A DNA stretch of 64,000 nucleotides from an uncultured Chloroflexia bacterium (GTDB taxonomy: Bacteria > Chloroflexota > Limnocylindria > Limnocylindrales > CSP1-4). Of the stretch, positions 39,855 through 49,393 are shown in pieces. Below the pieces are notes generated by a model. That model worked only from the letters and a program-made list of their open reading frames with translations, was not told where the DNA came from and did no database searches. The stretch lies in NCBI GenBank assembly GCA_963775855.1, contig CAVZKO010000007.1:15939-79938 (forward strand), given 5' to 3'. Position numbers and translations under genes: made by a program. The first letter of the stretch is position 1; the number at the start of each line of letters is the position of its first letter.

Positions 39855-40526
39855 GACGCGGTTCCAGCCAGCCGGTCGAGCGTCTCGAGCCCGACAATCT
39901 CGGTCCCGGCCACGTGGCGCGGTCCCCCGCTCCAGGCGCGCCGTGCAAGAGCGCAACGAGTCGAAGATGACGAGGACCGCACGGAGCCGTTCATCGTCGT
40001 CCGCCGCGTGCGTCCGCGCGTCGTCGAGTTGATGGAGCACGTCCGCCGAGATGCCGCGCGCGCCCCACTTGCAGTCGACCGCGGCCGCGCCGCCGTCAAT
40101 CTCGACCGTGACGTCGTACGGGTGGATCTCCGCCCGGACGCCGTCGAAGAGGATCCGCCGCTCGCGTCGAATCGCCGTCGGCGGTGCGGTCGGGTGGCCG
40201 CGGCGCAGCAGCAGCTCGGTGAGCGCCTCGACGATCGCGCCGCGGTACTGGCTGCGGACCTGTTCGCCCCGCTCTGCGACGGCGAGGGATGCGGCGAGGA
40301 TCGCCTCGGCCCTGTCGTGCGACTGAGCGGTGGCGAACACCGAGGGAAACATGACCCGCCATGCAGCTGCGTCTGTCGTCTCGCCGTTCATGACGGCCCG
40401 AGCGAGGAGCCGCTCCTCGTACGTCGCGTCTGCCAGGGCCTCGGCGGCCCTGGCAACGAGTGGATCCGCCTGGATGCCGGCGTAGACCACCGCCCGGGCG
40501 TCGGGCGCGGCGTCCTGGAATCTCAC
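39851..40526 (-). CDS. Hypothetical PD-(D/E)XK restriction-endonuclease-like protein; frameshift near 39915
   Basis: RGAIVEALTELLL (motif I E) ... HPYDVTV (D) ... AVDCKW (D-x-K); C-terminus continues in the 39851 frame. Confidence 0.6.
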
Positions 40527-40545
40527 GGCTGGCCGCCTTCGGGGC

Positions 40546-40872
40546 TCACGGTCGCTCGCCAATGGCCGCGAGGGCGACCTGCGGGAAGGTCGACAGCCAG
40601 TCGATCGCCCGGTGCGGATCCTCGATCAGCCCCGCCTCGACGGACACGCGGATGACTGCCGCACCGCGTTCCGGGGTCAGTGACTCCTCGCCCCGCCCGG
40701 CGGCGGCCGCCTCGAGCCGGTCTCGCCACGCGTCCGCGAGGTCCTGGACGTACTGCCACTCGTCATCGACCTCTTCACCGAGCGTCGCGAGGGCATCGAG
40801 CGTCTCGAGGGCGCCCTCGATCGCGGCACCGATGGTCTCCGGGATGACGGGGCTGGACTCGACGGGCGGCAC
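40546..40872 (-). CDS. Hypothetical helical protein
   Basis: 108 aa ORF in operon orientation; EWQYVQDL...DPHRAIDWLSTFPQ looks protein-like. Confidence 0.65.
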   Translation of the reverse strand: MPPVESSPVIPETIGAAIEGALETLDALATLGEEVDDEWQYVQDLADAWRDRLEAAAAGRGEESLTPERGAAVIRVSVEAGLIEDPHRAIDWLSTFPQVALAAIGERP

Positions 40873-40881
40873 GCCCGAAGA

Positions 40882-41184
40882 CTAGCGCGCGGGCACCGAC
40901 TTCCGTCGGAGCGTCCAGCCACGAGGCCGATCGTGGCCGGCGATGATTCGGTCCGCGCGGCCGATCAGCCCGAGGAGCCGGCCCCGGCCGGCCTCGTCCC
41001 AGGCCTCCGAATACGCCTGGGTCGCTTCCATCCGAATCCTGCCCGCCTGCGAACGCTCGCCAATCTGCTCCAGGGCGGCGACGCGATCGAGGATTACGCG
41101 ATAGAGACCGGGGAGATCGTCGGCCGGCGTCGAGGCGGCCTCGACCGCGATCGCTCCTTGGGCTGGGGAACCCCTAGTTTCCAT
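40882..41184 (-). CDS. Hypothetical protein
   Basis: DDLPGLYRVILDRVAALE...YSEAWDE helical ORF in operon orientation. Confidence 0.6.
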   Translation of the reverse strand: METRGSPAQGAIAVEAASTPADDLPGLYRVILDRVAALEQIGERSQAGRIRMEATQAYSEAWDEAGRGRLLGLIGRADRIIAGHDRPRGWTLRRKSVPAR

Positions 41185-41275
41185 CACGATGCACGGTGCA
41201 CGCGGAATTGACCGTTTGGAATAGTGCACTCGTTCGGAGGTCCGCGTCCGATGGTCCACCCACGTGGATGGCCCG

Positions 41276-41575
41276 CTAGTCGCCCCGGTGGTCACCCGAG
41301 CGCACGACGAAGCCCTCGAAGGCGCCGGTACCCGGCATCCGAACGGTGGACACTCCGTCCACAATGGCGCCCGGCGGCCCGGTCCGCAGCAGGTGCTCGA
41401 TCTGGTCCAGTTCGGGACCGGAGCCTTCGGCAACGGCTCGAACCGAGCCATCCCGGTCGTTCGCGACCCACCCAGCAAGACCGAGCCGGCGCGCCTCCCG
41501 CACGACGTAATAGCGGAAGCCGACGCCCTGAACGCGGCCGCGGACCACGGCCTCGAGGCGGAGCAGGTCGTCCAT
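41276..41575 (-). CDS. acyP: Acylphosphatase
   Basis: GRVQGVGFR, GWVAN.RDGSV, GPPGAIV. Confidence 0.95.
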   Translation of the reverse strand: MDDLLRLEAVVRGRVQGVGFRYYVVREARRLGLAGWVANDRDGSVRAVAEGSGPELDQIEHLLRTGPPGAIVDGVSTVRMPGTGAFEGFVVRSGDHRGD

Positions 41576-42814
41576 CAGGCGGCAGCGTCGCGCCGCGGCC
41601 AGACGAGCAGGAGGACGTCGAGCACGAGCTCCGGGCTGACGTTGGCGTCGATCAGCTCCGCGCTGCGGTCGAGTCGCGCGAGGAATGGTCCGAGCCGGGC
41701 GGCTGTCAGGTCGGTCGAACCCCGCAGGTCGTCGAGCAGCGCGGGATCGCGAAGGCGTCGCTCCTCGCCGAGCCCGACGAGGACGAGGTCGCGGGTGAGA
41801 TCGCGCCAGATTTCGACCGTGAGGGCCGCCGCACGGCGGCGTTCGGCCGCCGGCGCCCGGGTCTCGCGAACCGCGGCCTCGTCGGCCTCGGCGTCTGCGT
41901 CGTCATTGCCGTCGGTGGCCGCGTCGGCTGGCTTCGCATCCGAAGGGTCGGAGACCGACGCGATGGCGCGGGCGGAGGGCCTTCCCGGATCGCTTTCCGG
42001 GCGCCGCCTCCGTCGGAGGAGCCGCCGCCCGCTCGAGGATCCGTACCAGCTCTCCGGCTCGAGCGAGCAGCTCGCGACCCATCGCCAGGCGACGTGCCAC
42101 TCCCGCCCCCGCGAGGTCGAGCAGCGAGCGTGCGATCTCGGCTCGTATTGTGACGGCTTCGGGAGCGAGCGCCCAGACGCGCGCGATCCCGGGCCTCCCG
42201 CCGGACAGGCGCGCGAGTCGGGCGGCCGTCGGTGGGTCGGCCACTCCTGCGTCGGCGAGGATCGTCTCGATTTCGCGGATCGCCACGGGTCCGAGCCGCA
42301 GCCGGACGCACCGGGATCGGACGGTCGGCAGGAGCTGCTCCTCCTGGTCGGCGCACAGGATGATCGTCACCCCGGTCGGCGGCTCCTCGAGGGTCTTGAG
42401 AAGGGCCGATTGGGCGTCCTCGTTGAGGCGGTCGGCCTTCTCGACGAGCGCAACCCGTGCCCCACCCTCGACGGGCAGGAGGGCGAGGTCCGAGATCAGC
42501 CGGCGGACAGTCCCGGGCTCGGGCTCGTCGCGCGCCCCGATCCGGATCTGATTGCCGGCGCCCGCCGGAGCGAGCCGGTGGAGATCGGCGTGACTGCCCC
42601 GCTCGACGAGGCGACACCCCCGGCACTCCCGGCACGGCCGATCGGCGGGGTCCTCGGCATCGCACAGCAGCCCGGCCGCGAGGTCGAGTGCCAGCGTCGT
42701 CTTGCCGACCCCGGCGGGGCCGGTGATGACGATCGCGTGCGGCGGCGTGCCGGCGATCATCGACCGGATCGCCGTCGCGGCCGCGCCGTGACCGCGGGTC
42801 AGGAGACGCGACAT
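41575..42814 (-). CDS. holB: DNA polymerase III subunit delta-prime; frameshift near 41980
   Basis: HA...GPAGVGKT, zinc module C...PCRECRGC, H.DL, ALLKTLEEPP, LLPTVRSRC; C-terminal NVSPELVLDVLL in a shifted frame. Confidence 0.9.
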
Positions 42815-42821
42815 CGAACGA

Positions 42822-44732
42822 TCAGGCGGTCTCGGCCTTCTTGCGGGTCGTGCGGCGCTTCGGCGCGGCGCCGGCTTTGGGGGCATCGGTACCGGCGGCG
42901 GCAGCGTCGCTTGCGGCCGGGTCACCGCTGGCCTCCGCAGCACCGACGGCAGGCGCCTTTGCCCGCGTCGTCCTCCGCTTCGGCGCGGCGCTCGCCCCGG
43001 CGGCATCGCCGGCACCTGCAGAGGAAGCTGCCTTGCCGCGAGGCGCCCGCGGTTTCGGGGCGTCGGCCGTGGGCTCGGGTGACCCGGCACCGTCGGCTGC
43101 CGCGACTGACGTGGACTCCGTCGACTCCGTCTTTCGCCTCGTGGTGCGGCGCTTCGTCGCGGGCGCTGCCCCAGTTGCCGAATCAGTCGACGAGGTCGAC
43201 GTTGCCGCGTCGCTGGGCGAGGTCTCGGGCCGGCTGGCCGCAGGCGGCGAAGCCTTGGGCGACTGGGCGAGTTGAGCCCTGAGGATCGCCTCGAGCTCCT
43301 CAGGAACCTCACTCCACGGCTCGCTCGAACGCGGACCAGCCGGTCGGTCGCCTCGGTCCGGCCGGGCGAACCGGTCCTGCCGGGGCGGTCGATCCTGTCG
43401 GCCGGGTCCGGGCCCGCTCGGTCGGCCGCGCGGAGCCGGGCCGGCGGACTCCCGGGCGCTGACGTCGGGATAGCGGTTGATGCCGCCTCCGCCGCCTCGG
43501 CCGTATCGCTCCCGGTCGACCGCGGCGTTGTATCCGGCTCGGCCGCCGCGTGGCCCGCCGCGACCCCCCTGGCCGCCGCCACGACCGCCCTGGCCGCGGC
43601 GCTGCTCGGCGATCAGGTATTCCGGGATCTCCGGCTCGTCGAAGTCTTCGTCGTCCGCTGCGGGCCGGAGCGGCGTCGGCTTGGTGCTCGGCACACCGAG
43701 CTGGGAGTCCCAGACGGACCCGAAGGGCGTCGTCCGCGGAGCGCGAGGCGCTGCCGCAATCTCAACCTCGTCTTCGTCCTCGTCCGCCTCACCCTCGACA
43801 GCATCGGGCGGCGCCTCCGGTCCGACGGCGCCGGCCGCCGGCTCGGAGCCCGGCTCCAGCTCACGGCCGCGACCCCGGCCGCGACCCCGGCCGCCTCGCC
43901 GCCGGCGACGGCGACGGCCGTCGGCGTCCAGGCTCGAATCGTCCTCTGGATCGACGGGTCCTGCGGCGCCTTCTTGTATCGGCACGTCAACCGGGCCTGC
44001 GATCGGGGCGACCTTCGACAGCTTCTCCCCGGGCAGCGCGGTCAGGCCCGGCCCGGCCGCGACGTCGTGCGTCCCGTTCGTTGCGGCACGGCCGCGCGCG
44101 GCGACCGGCTCGGCCTCGCCGGGCCGTCCGCGTCCGCGGCCACGCCCGCCGCGACCGCGGCCGGCTCCCGTGCCCTCGGTCTGCTTGTCCGGCACCTCGG
44201 TCATCGAGAGGTCCTCGTCGTCACCGGCGACCCGTCGGCCTGAGCGGGACGAGCCTTTCTCGACGCGCGCGAGCTGGGTGATGTCGGTGAAGATGTCGGC
44301 AACTTCGATCAGGTCCGATGACGTGTTGCCGCGGAAGCTGATGACCTCGACCCGGACGCCCATCTCCTGGACCGCCCGGATCGCCGGAGCGAAGTCTCCG
44401 TCGCCCGACACGACGATCGCCACGTCGAGGTTGCGAGCCGTCTTCATCAGGTCGACGACGAGCTCGATGTCGAGGTTGGCCTTGACCTTGCCGTCGCCGT
44501 ACTTGCGAATGTCCTTGCTGACCACCTTGTATTGGTTTCGGGCAAGGAAGGAATGAAAATTGCGCTGGTTCTCGTTGTCCGGGTCGAGCCCGGTATAGGC
44601 ATAGGCGCGGACGAAGTCCCGGCCTGCCGTGGCCGACTTCAGCAGCGTGACGTAATCGATGTCCACGCCGGCCGCCTTGGCCGCGTAGAAGATGTTCGCC
44701 ACGTCCACGAAGACGGCGACGTTCTTTCCCAC
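42822..44732 (-). CDS. NYN (LabA/DUF88) PIN-like domain protein with long low-complexity RGG-rich tail
   Basis: VFVDVANIFY, KANLDIELVVD, VSGDGDFAPAI catalytic Asp motifs in the first ~165 aa; remainder R/G/P/A/E-rich. Confidence 0.88.
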   Translation of the reverse strand: MGKNVAVFVDVANIFYAAKAAGVDIDYVTLLKSATAGRDFVRAYAYTGLDPDNENQRNFHSFLARNQYKVVSKDIRKYGDGKVKANLDIELVVDLMKTARNLDVAIVVSGDGDFAPAIRAVQEMGVRVEVISFRGNTSSDLIEVADIFTDITQLARVEKGSSRSGRRVAGDDEDLSMTEVPDKQTEGTGAGRGRGGRGRGRGRPGEAEPVAARGRAATNGTHDVAAGPGLTALPGEKLSKVAPIAGPVDVPIQEGAAGPVDPEDDSSLDADGRRRRRRRGGRGRGRGRGRELEPGSEPAAGAVGPEAPPDAVEGEADEDEDEVEIAAAPRAPRTTPFGSVWDSQLGVPSTKPTPLRPAADDEDFDEPEIPEYLIAEQRRGQGGRGGGQGGRGGPRGGRAGYNAAVDRERYGRGGGGGINRYPDVSARESAGPAPRGRPSGPGPGRQDRPPRQDRFARPDRGDRPAGPRSSEPWSEVPEELEAILRAQLAQSPKASPPAASRPETSPSDAATSTSSTDSATGAAPATKRRTTRRKTESTESTSVAAADGAGSPEPTADAPKPRAPRGKAASSAGAGDAAGASAAPKRRTTRAKAPAVGAAEASGDPAASDAAAAGTDAPKAGAAPKRRTTRKKAETA

Positions 44733-44796
44733 AAATGACTCCTTGGTTATTCCTTACCCGCGGCGCCGGCGCGGTGACGCAGCTCGGCGGGCGGGA

Positions 44797-45264
44797 TCAT
44801 GTGGCCCGGCGTGTGGAGGCCCCGACCGCGGCCACCTGCCGTTCCGTGCGCGGACCAGCTTCGACGAAACCGTGACGCTCCCAGCGGGTCCGCTCCACCG
44901 GGTCCTGCGACAGCGCCGCTTCCACGACGCTGCAGCCCTTGTTCTGTGCCGAACGTATGACTTCCTCGATGAGGGCATCGGTCACGCGCTCGACATCGTG
45001 GTCGGGATCCACCACGAGAAGGTCCACCGTCCCCACGAATCCACCGGCGCGAACCGAAGGCCGGAGGGCGAGGACCGCCCCACCGACGACGTCGCGTCGA
45101 ATCTCGGCGATGAAGATGCTCGCCTGCGGGAGGTAGACCAGCTGTCGGAGCAGGTCCGCCGGAGCGAGCGCGCCCGCAGTGTCCGACGACCGGATGACGG
45201 CGTCGCTCAGTGCGACCAGTCGATCGATGTCGGTGATGCGAGCGGTTCGAACCAGATATTCCAC
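44797..45264 (-). CDS. GNAT-fold acetyltransferase-like protein
   Basis: VRTARITDI, GTVDLLVVDPD, A..KGC, WERHGF; the canonical RxxGxG acetyl-CoA loop is degenerate. Confidence 0.7.
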   Translation of the reverse strand: MEYLVRTARITDIDRLVALSDAVIRSSDTAGALAPADLLRQLVYLPQASIFIAEIRRDVVGGAVLALRPSVRAGGFVGTVDLLVVDPDHDVERVTDALIEEVIRSAQNKGCSVVEAALSQDPVERTRWERHGFVEAGPRTERQVAAVGASTRRAT

Positions 45265-45682
45265 GCGGGCTAAATGCCACCTCGTAGGGCCGGCGGTCGC
45301 GATCTGTCACATCGCGGTCCGATCGGATTTCACACCGGTTCCAATGGGGCCCTCAAGGGGTGGCGAGCGGTAAGCTCGGCAGCCACGCCTCGGGTCGCGC
45401 TGGTCGGTGTTGCAATCGGTCCGCCAATGCATATGATACGGCATCGCTTCGGCGGCATCCTGCGCGCCGCCCGAGCCGGGATCCTGCGCCGTCGTCCGTC
45501 ATGCACCGCCGCCCGAGCCAGGGACTCCATCAACCGCCTTGAAACCCGAGGTGGCTGACCCCTCGGAACGGCATCGGGCAGCGGACGACAGGCTTGGGCC
45601 GGGGAACGGGACGGGGCGGGAGGATGCACCGACCGAGATCGATCGGGAGTAGCCCGGCCGATCAGCATGAGGAGGAGATTGA

Positions 45683-46996
45683 ATGAAGTTTCGGAAGCTG
45701 AGCGCGCTCGCGGGCGCCTCGATGCTGGTGTTTGCTGCGTGCAGCACGCCGCCGGCCGCTTCACCGGGCGGCTCGGCCGCAGCGAGTGGCGGCGCACCAA
45801 GTAGCGCCGCCCCGAGCGCAGACACCTCAAAGGGCACCGTCAAGTTCGCCATCGAACTGCCGCAGCAGGGCAGTGAGAAGGCGGCTTCGGACCCGATCAT
45901 CAACGGCATCAAGCTTGCCGTGAAGCAGGCCGGCGGCGGCGCCGGCGGCTACAAGATCGACATCCCGCAGGGTTCGATCTACGACGATGCGCTCAACGGC
46001 GCGCACGATCCGCAGACCGGCGCGAACAACATGAGCCAGATCGTCGCCGACGCTGACACCGTTGCTGTCATCGGCCCGCTCAACTCGAGCGTCGCCGTGG
46101 CCCAGATCCCGATCTCGAACGAGGGCGGCCTGTTCCATTGCTCGCCGGCCAATACCAACCCGGACCTGACGAAGGGCGCGCCAGCGGCGCAGCTCCGGAC
46201 CAAGCCGAACAACTACATCCGCGTCGTCACGACGGACGACGTCCAGGGCCCCGCCGCCGCGCAGTACATCATCGATGTGCTCAAGAAGAAGACCGGTCTA
46301 CGTCATCGACGACACCGAGACGTTCGGCAAGGGCGTCGCGGACGCCTTCGACGCCGAGTTCACCAAGCGCGGTGGCACGGTCGTCAAGCACGACGCGGCA
46401 CCGAAGACCACCCAGGACTACGTCTCGATCATGACGGCCGCCAAGGCCCTCAGCCCGGAGTCGATCTACTTCGGCGGCGTGACGGCGACGGGCGGAGCCC
46501 GCATCCTTCTCGCGGCCCAGCAGGCCGGCCTCGCCGACGTCCCCTACGTCGGTCCCGACGGGATCAACGACGGCTCCGGCGAGACGAAGGACTCGTTCCT
46601 CAACCTCGCCGCCGCTGCTGCGAAGAACTCCTTCAGCACGCTCGCCGGCATCGGCGACTTCCCGGGCAAGGCCCAGTTCGACACGGACTACAAGGCCGAG
46701 TACGGCATCGACGCAACCGGCTACGCCGGCATGGGTTATGCCTGCGCCCAGGTCACCATCGACGCCCTCAAGCGCGCGGGCGAGACAAGCCCGGCCGACA
46801 TGACCGCGCTTCGCGAAGCCGTGCGAGTCGCCGGTACCGTTACCGACGTCACGTACAAGACGGTCCTTGGCGATATCACGTTCAACGCGGACGGCGATAC
46901 GAGCCAGAGAATCGTCTCGATCTACTCGGTCGACACTGCCGGTGCAAACGGCAAGGGCGACTGGAAGTTCGAGACCCAGGTCGAATACGCAAGTAG
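45683..46996 (+). CDS. livK: Branched-chain amino acid ABC transporter substrate-binding lipoprotein; frameshift near 46293
   Basis: Lipobox FAAC; IGPLNSSVA, SPANTNPDLT, RVVTTDDVQGP, DDTETFGKGVA, GDITFNADGD. Confidence 0.9.
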   Translation: MKFRKLSALAGASMLVFAACSTPPAASPGGSAAASGGAPSSAAPSADTSKGTVKFAIELPQQGSEKAASDPIINGIKLAVKQAGGGAGGYKIDIPQGSIYDDALNGAHDPQTGANNMSQIVADADTVAVIGPLNSSVAVAQIPISNEGGLFHCSPANTNPDLTKGAPAAQLRTKPNNYIRVVTTDDVQGPAAAQYIIDVLKKKTGLRHRRHRDVRQGRRGRLRRRVHQARWHGRQARRGTEDHPGLRLDHDGRQGPQPGVDLLRRRDGDGRSPHPSRGPAGRPRRRPLRRSRRDQRRLRRDEGLVPQPRRRCCEELLQHARRHRRLPGQGPVRHGLQGRVRHRRNRLRRHGLCLRPGHHRRPQARGRDKPGRHDRASRSRASRRYRYRRHVQDGPWRYHVQRGRRYEPENRLDLLGRHCRCKRQGRLEVRDPGRIRK

Positions 46997-47010
46997 TAGC
47001 ACGCTGACCA

Positions 47011-47041
47011 GGAGCCGGGGATCGAGCTGATCCCCGGCTCC
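47011..47041 (+). terminator. Strong stem-loop after livK (mRNA stabiliser / partial terminator)
   Basis: GGAGCCGGGGATC-GAGCT-GATCCCCGGCTCC 13-bp perfect stem. Confidence 0.7.
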
Positions 47042-47093
47042 TGAGCATCCGGCCCGGACGGGGCCTCGACCACCGCTTTCGAGGGCTCGCATC

Positions 47094-48164
47094 GTGACCT
47101 CGCTCGCCAGCCCCGCGTCTGCCTCGCGACCGATCCGTCGCGGCCTGCTGTTTGTGGGCATCGCCGCCGTGGCGATCGTCGGCTATACCGTGGTCCTGTG
47201 GGTCTTCCTCCAGCTGTCGACGGGATTGCCAGCGGGCCCCGCCCAGTCCGTCGCGATCCAGCAGACATTCAACGCCCTGTCGATCGGGTCGATCTACGCA
47301 CTCATCGCCCTCGGCTACACGATGGTGTACGGGATCATCGAGCTGATCAACTTCGCCCACGGCGACGTCTTCATGGTCGGGGCGTTCACATCGGTCATCT
47401 TCCTGGGCGGGATCATGGGTCAGACGGGCGCCGTGGAAGACGTCCCGTTCCTGATCTTCCTGATCCTTGGCGCGCTCGTCTTCACGATGCCGCTGATCGG
47501 AGGGTTGAATGTCTCGATCGAGCGACTCTTCTACCGGCCCCTTCGCCACGCTCCCAGGCTCGCGCCCCTGATCACGGCGATCGGCGTCTCGTTCATCCTC
47601 CAGAACGCGGCGCTCGTCATCGCGGGATCCGGCGACCGGGCAGCCCCACAGGTGTTCCCGCTCTACTGGCAGGTCGAGGTCGGGGGCGCCTCGGTCGCCC
47701 TGCTGTCGATCTTCATCTTCGTCCTGGCCCTGACCCTGATGATCGCGCTCCAGACGTTCATCACGAGGACACGCCTCGGGCGGGCGATGCGGGCCACCGC
47801 CCAGGATCAGGAGGCCGCCGCCCTCATGGGCGTCGACCTCAACCAGACCATCGCCCTGACCTTCCTGCTTGGCGGCGCGCTCGCAGGGGCGGCGGGCGTG
47901 GTCTGGGGCCTGAACTTCGGGTATGTACGCCAGGACCTGGGCTTTAATGCCGGCCTTAAGGCGTTCACCTCCGCAGTCCTGGGAGGGATCGGCAACATCA
48001 CGGGAGCGGCGGTCGGGGGCTTCATCATCGGGTTCATCGAGAACTTCGCCTCCGCGCTGGGCTACTCGCGCTGGTCTCAGTTCCTGGTGTTCATGGTCCT
48101 GACCTTCGTCCTGATCTTCAAGCCCTCCGGCCTGTTTGGCCAGAGGACGGCGGACCGCGCATGA
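47094..48164 (+). CDS. livH: Branched-chain amino acid ABC permease
   Basis: ALIALGYTMVYGIIELINFAHGD, TRLGRAMRATAQD, KAFTSAVLGGIG. Confidence 0.95.
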   Translation: MTSLASPASASRPIRRGLLFVGIAAVAIVGYTVVLWVFLQLSTGLPAGPAQSVAIQQTFNALSIGSIYALIALGYTMVYGIIELINFAHGDVFMVGAFTSVIFLGGIMGQTGAVEDVPFLIFLILGALVFTMPLIGGLNVSIERLFYRPLRHAPRLAPLITAIGVSFILQNAALVIAGSGDRAAPQVFPLYWQVEVGGASVALLSIFIFVLALTLMIALQTFITRTRLGRAMRATAQDQEAAALMGVDLNQTIALTFLLGGALAGAAGVVWGLNFGYVRQDLGFNAGLKAFTSAVLGGIGNITGAAVGGFIIGFIENFASALGYSRWSQFLVFMVLTFVLIFKPSGLFGQRTADRA

Positions 48165-49393
48165 CGGCGACGTCGAGAAACGCCACACCCGACCGCCCGA
48201 CCGGGTCCCGTCCCGGTCTGACTCGCCTGCGGAACGCATCCGATGCCCATCGCTCGATCACGATCATCGTGGCGATGGCATTGACCACCGTCCTCATGTA
48301 CTTCCTGCCGCTCGTCCCACCGCTGTCGGTGGTCCAGCCTCCGGGACCCTGGTACGACTCGTTCGCCAATGCCGGCGTGTTCGTGCTCCTGGCGATGGGA
48401 CTGAACATCGTGGTCGGGATGGCTGGCCTCCTGGACCTCGGGTACGCCGCCTTCTTTGCGATCGGTGCGTACACCTACGCGTACAGCAACTCGCCGTTTT
48501 CGGGAGTAGACCTCCCGTTCTTCCCGATGCTGTTCGTCGGGGCGGCCGTCGCCGCGATCTTCGGCATCCTCCTCGGCGCCCCGACGCTTCGGCTTCGCGG
48601 CGACTATCTCGCGATCATGACGCTGGGCTTCGGCGAGATCGTGCCGATCGTCTTTCTGAATCTCGACAGATTCACCCGCGGGACGAATGGGATCGGCGGC
48701 ATCTATCGCCCTGAGGCACTGCCATACTTTGGGCCGTTCAGCGCCATTTCCCCGTTCAACTACTTCCTCGTCATGGCGGTCGTCGTCACGATCACGATGA
48801 TCCTCATGTATCGGTTGCAGGATTCGCGGATCGGGCGGGCGTGGAACGCGATCCGGGAGGACGAGCTGGCGGCCGCCGCAAACGGCATCAACACCGTTAC
48901 GACGAAGCTCCTGGCGTTCTCTCTCGGGGCTACCACGTCCGGCTTTGCGGGTGTCTTCAACGCCTCGAAGCTCACGATCGTGTCACCGGATCAGTTCCTG
49001 TTCACTGTTTCGTTCACCGTCCTGGCCATGGTGATCCTCGGCGGAATGGGCAACATCTGGGGCGTGGCGGTCGGCGCTTTCATCGTCTACAACATCCAGG
49101 CCGTCGTGCTGAAGCGGATCAACGGCGTCATCGAGACGATCGGGATTCCGGCGTTCGATCTGGGTCCGATCCACGTGAACCTCGCGGAGGTGCCGTTTGT
49201 CGAATACCAGTTCCTCTTGTACGGCGTGGCACTCGTGTTGATGATGCTGCTGAGACCCGAGGGCCTCTTCCCGAACCAACGCCGGCGGCTCGAGCTGCAC
49301 GTCGATGAGGACATCGACGGTGAGGACGGCGAGATCACCGGCTCGCTCGGGGCGACGCCCGGGGCCGATGAAGACTTCCGGGGCAGGACGTGA
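48161..49393 (+). CDS. livM: Branched-chain amino acid ABC permease
   Basis: GLNIVVGMAGLLDLGY, LRLRGDYLAIMTLGFGEI, GRAWNAIREDE. Confidence 0.95.
   Translation: MTATSRNATPDRPTGSRPGLTRLRNASDAHRSITIIVAMALTTVLMYFLPLVPPLSVVQPPGPWYDSFANAGVFVLLAMGLNIVVGMAGLLDLGYAAFFAIGAYTYAYSNSPFSGVDLPFFPMLFVGAAVAAIFGILLGAPTLRLRGDYLAIMTLGFGEIVPIVFLNLDRFTRGTNGIGGIYRPEALPYFGPFSAISPFNYFLVMAVVVTITMILMYRLQDSRIGRAWNAIREDELAAAANGINTVTTKLLAFSLGATTSGFAGVFNASKLTIVSPDQFLFTVSFTVLAMVILGGMGNIWGVAVGAFIVYNIQAVVLKRINGVIETIGIPAFDLGPIHVNLAEVPFVEYQFLLYGVALVLMMLLRPEGLFPNQRRRLELHVDEDIDGEDGEITGSLGATPGADEDFRGRT

Noticed and set aside
39072-40562. Nuclease-thioesterase fusion protein (496 aa)
   Set aside because: One indel near 39915 explains it; the alternative frame ends in a GTGA stop/start overlap at 39851-39854
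45440-45682. T-box or leader-peptide attenuator upstream of the liv operon
   Set aside because: GAGGTGGCTGACCC does not match the T-box GGTGGNACC; the short ORF MHRRPSQGLHQPP is not Leu/Ile/Val-rich; no U-tailed terminator
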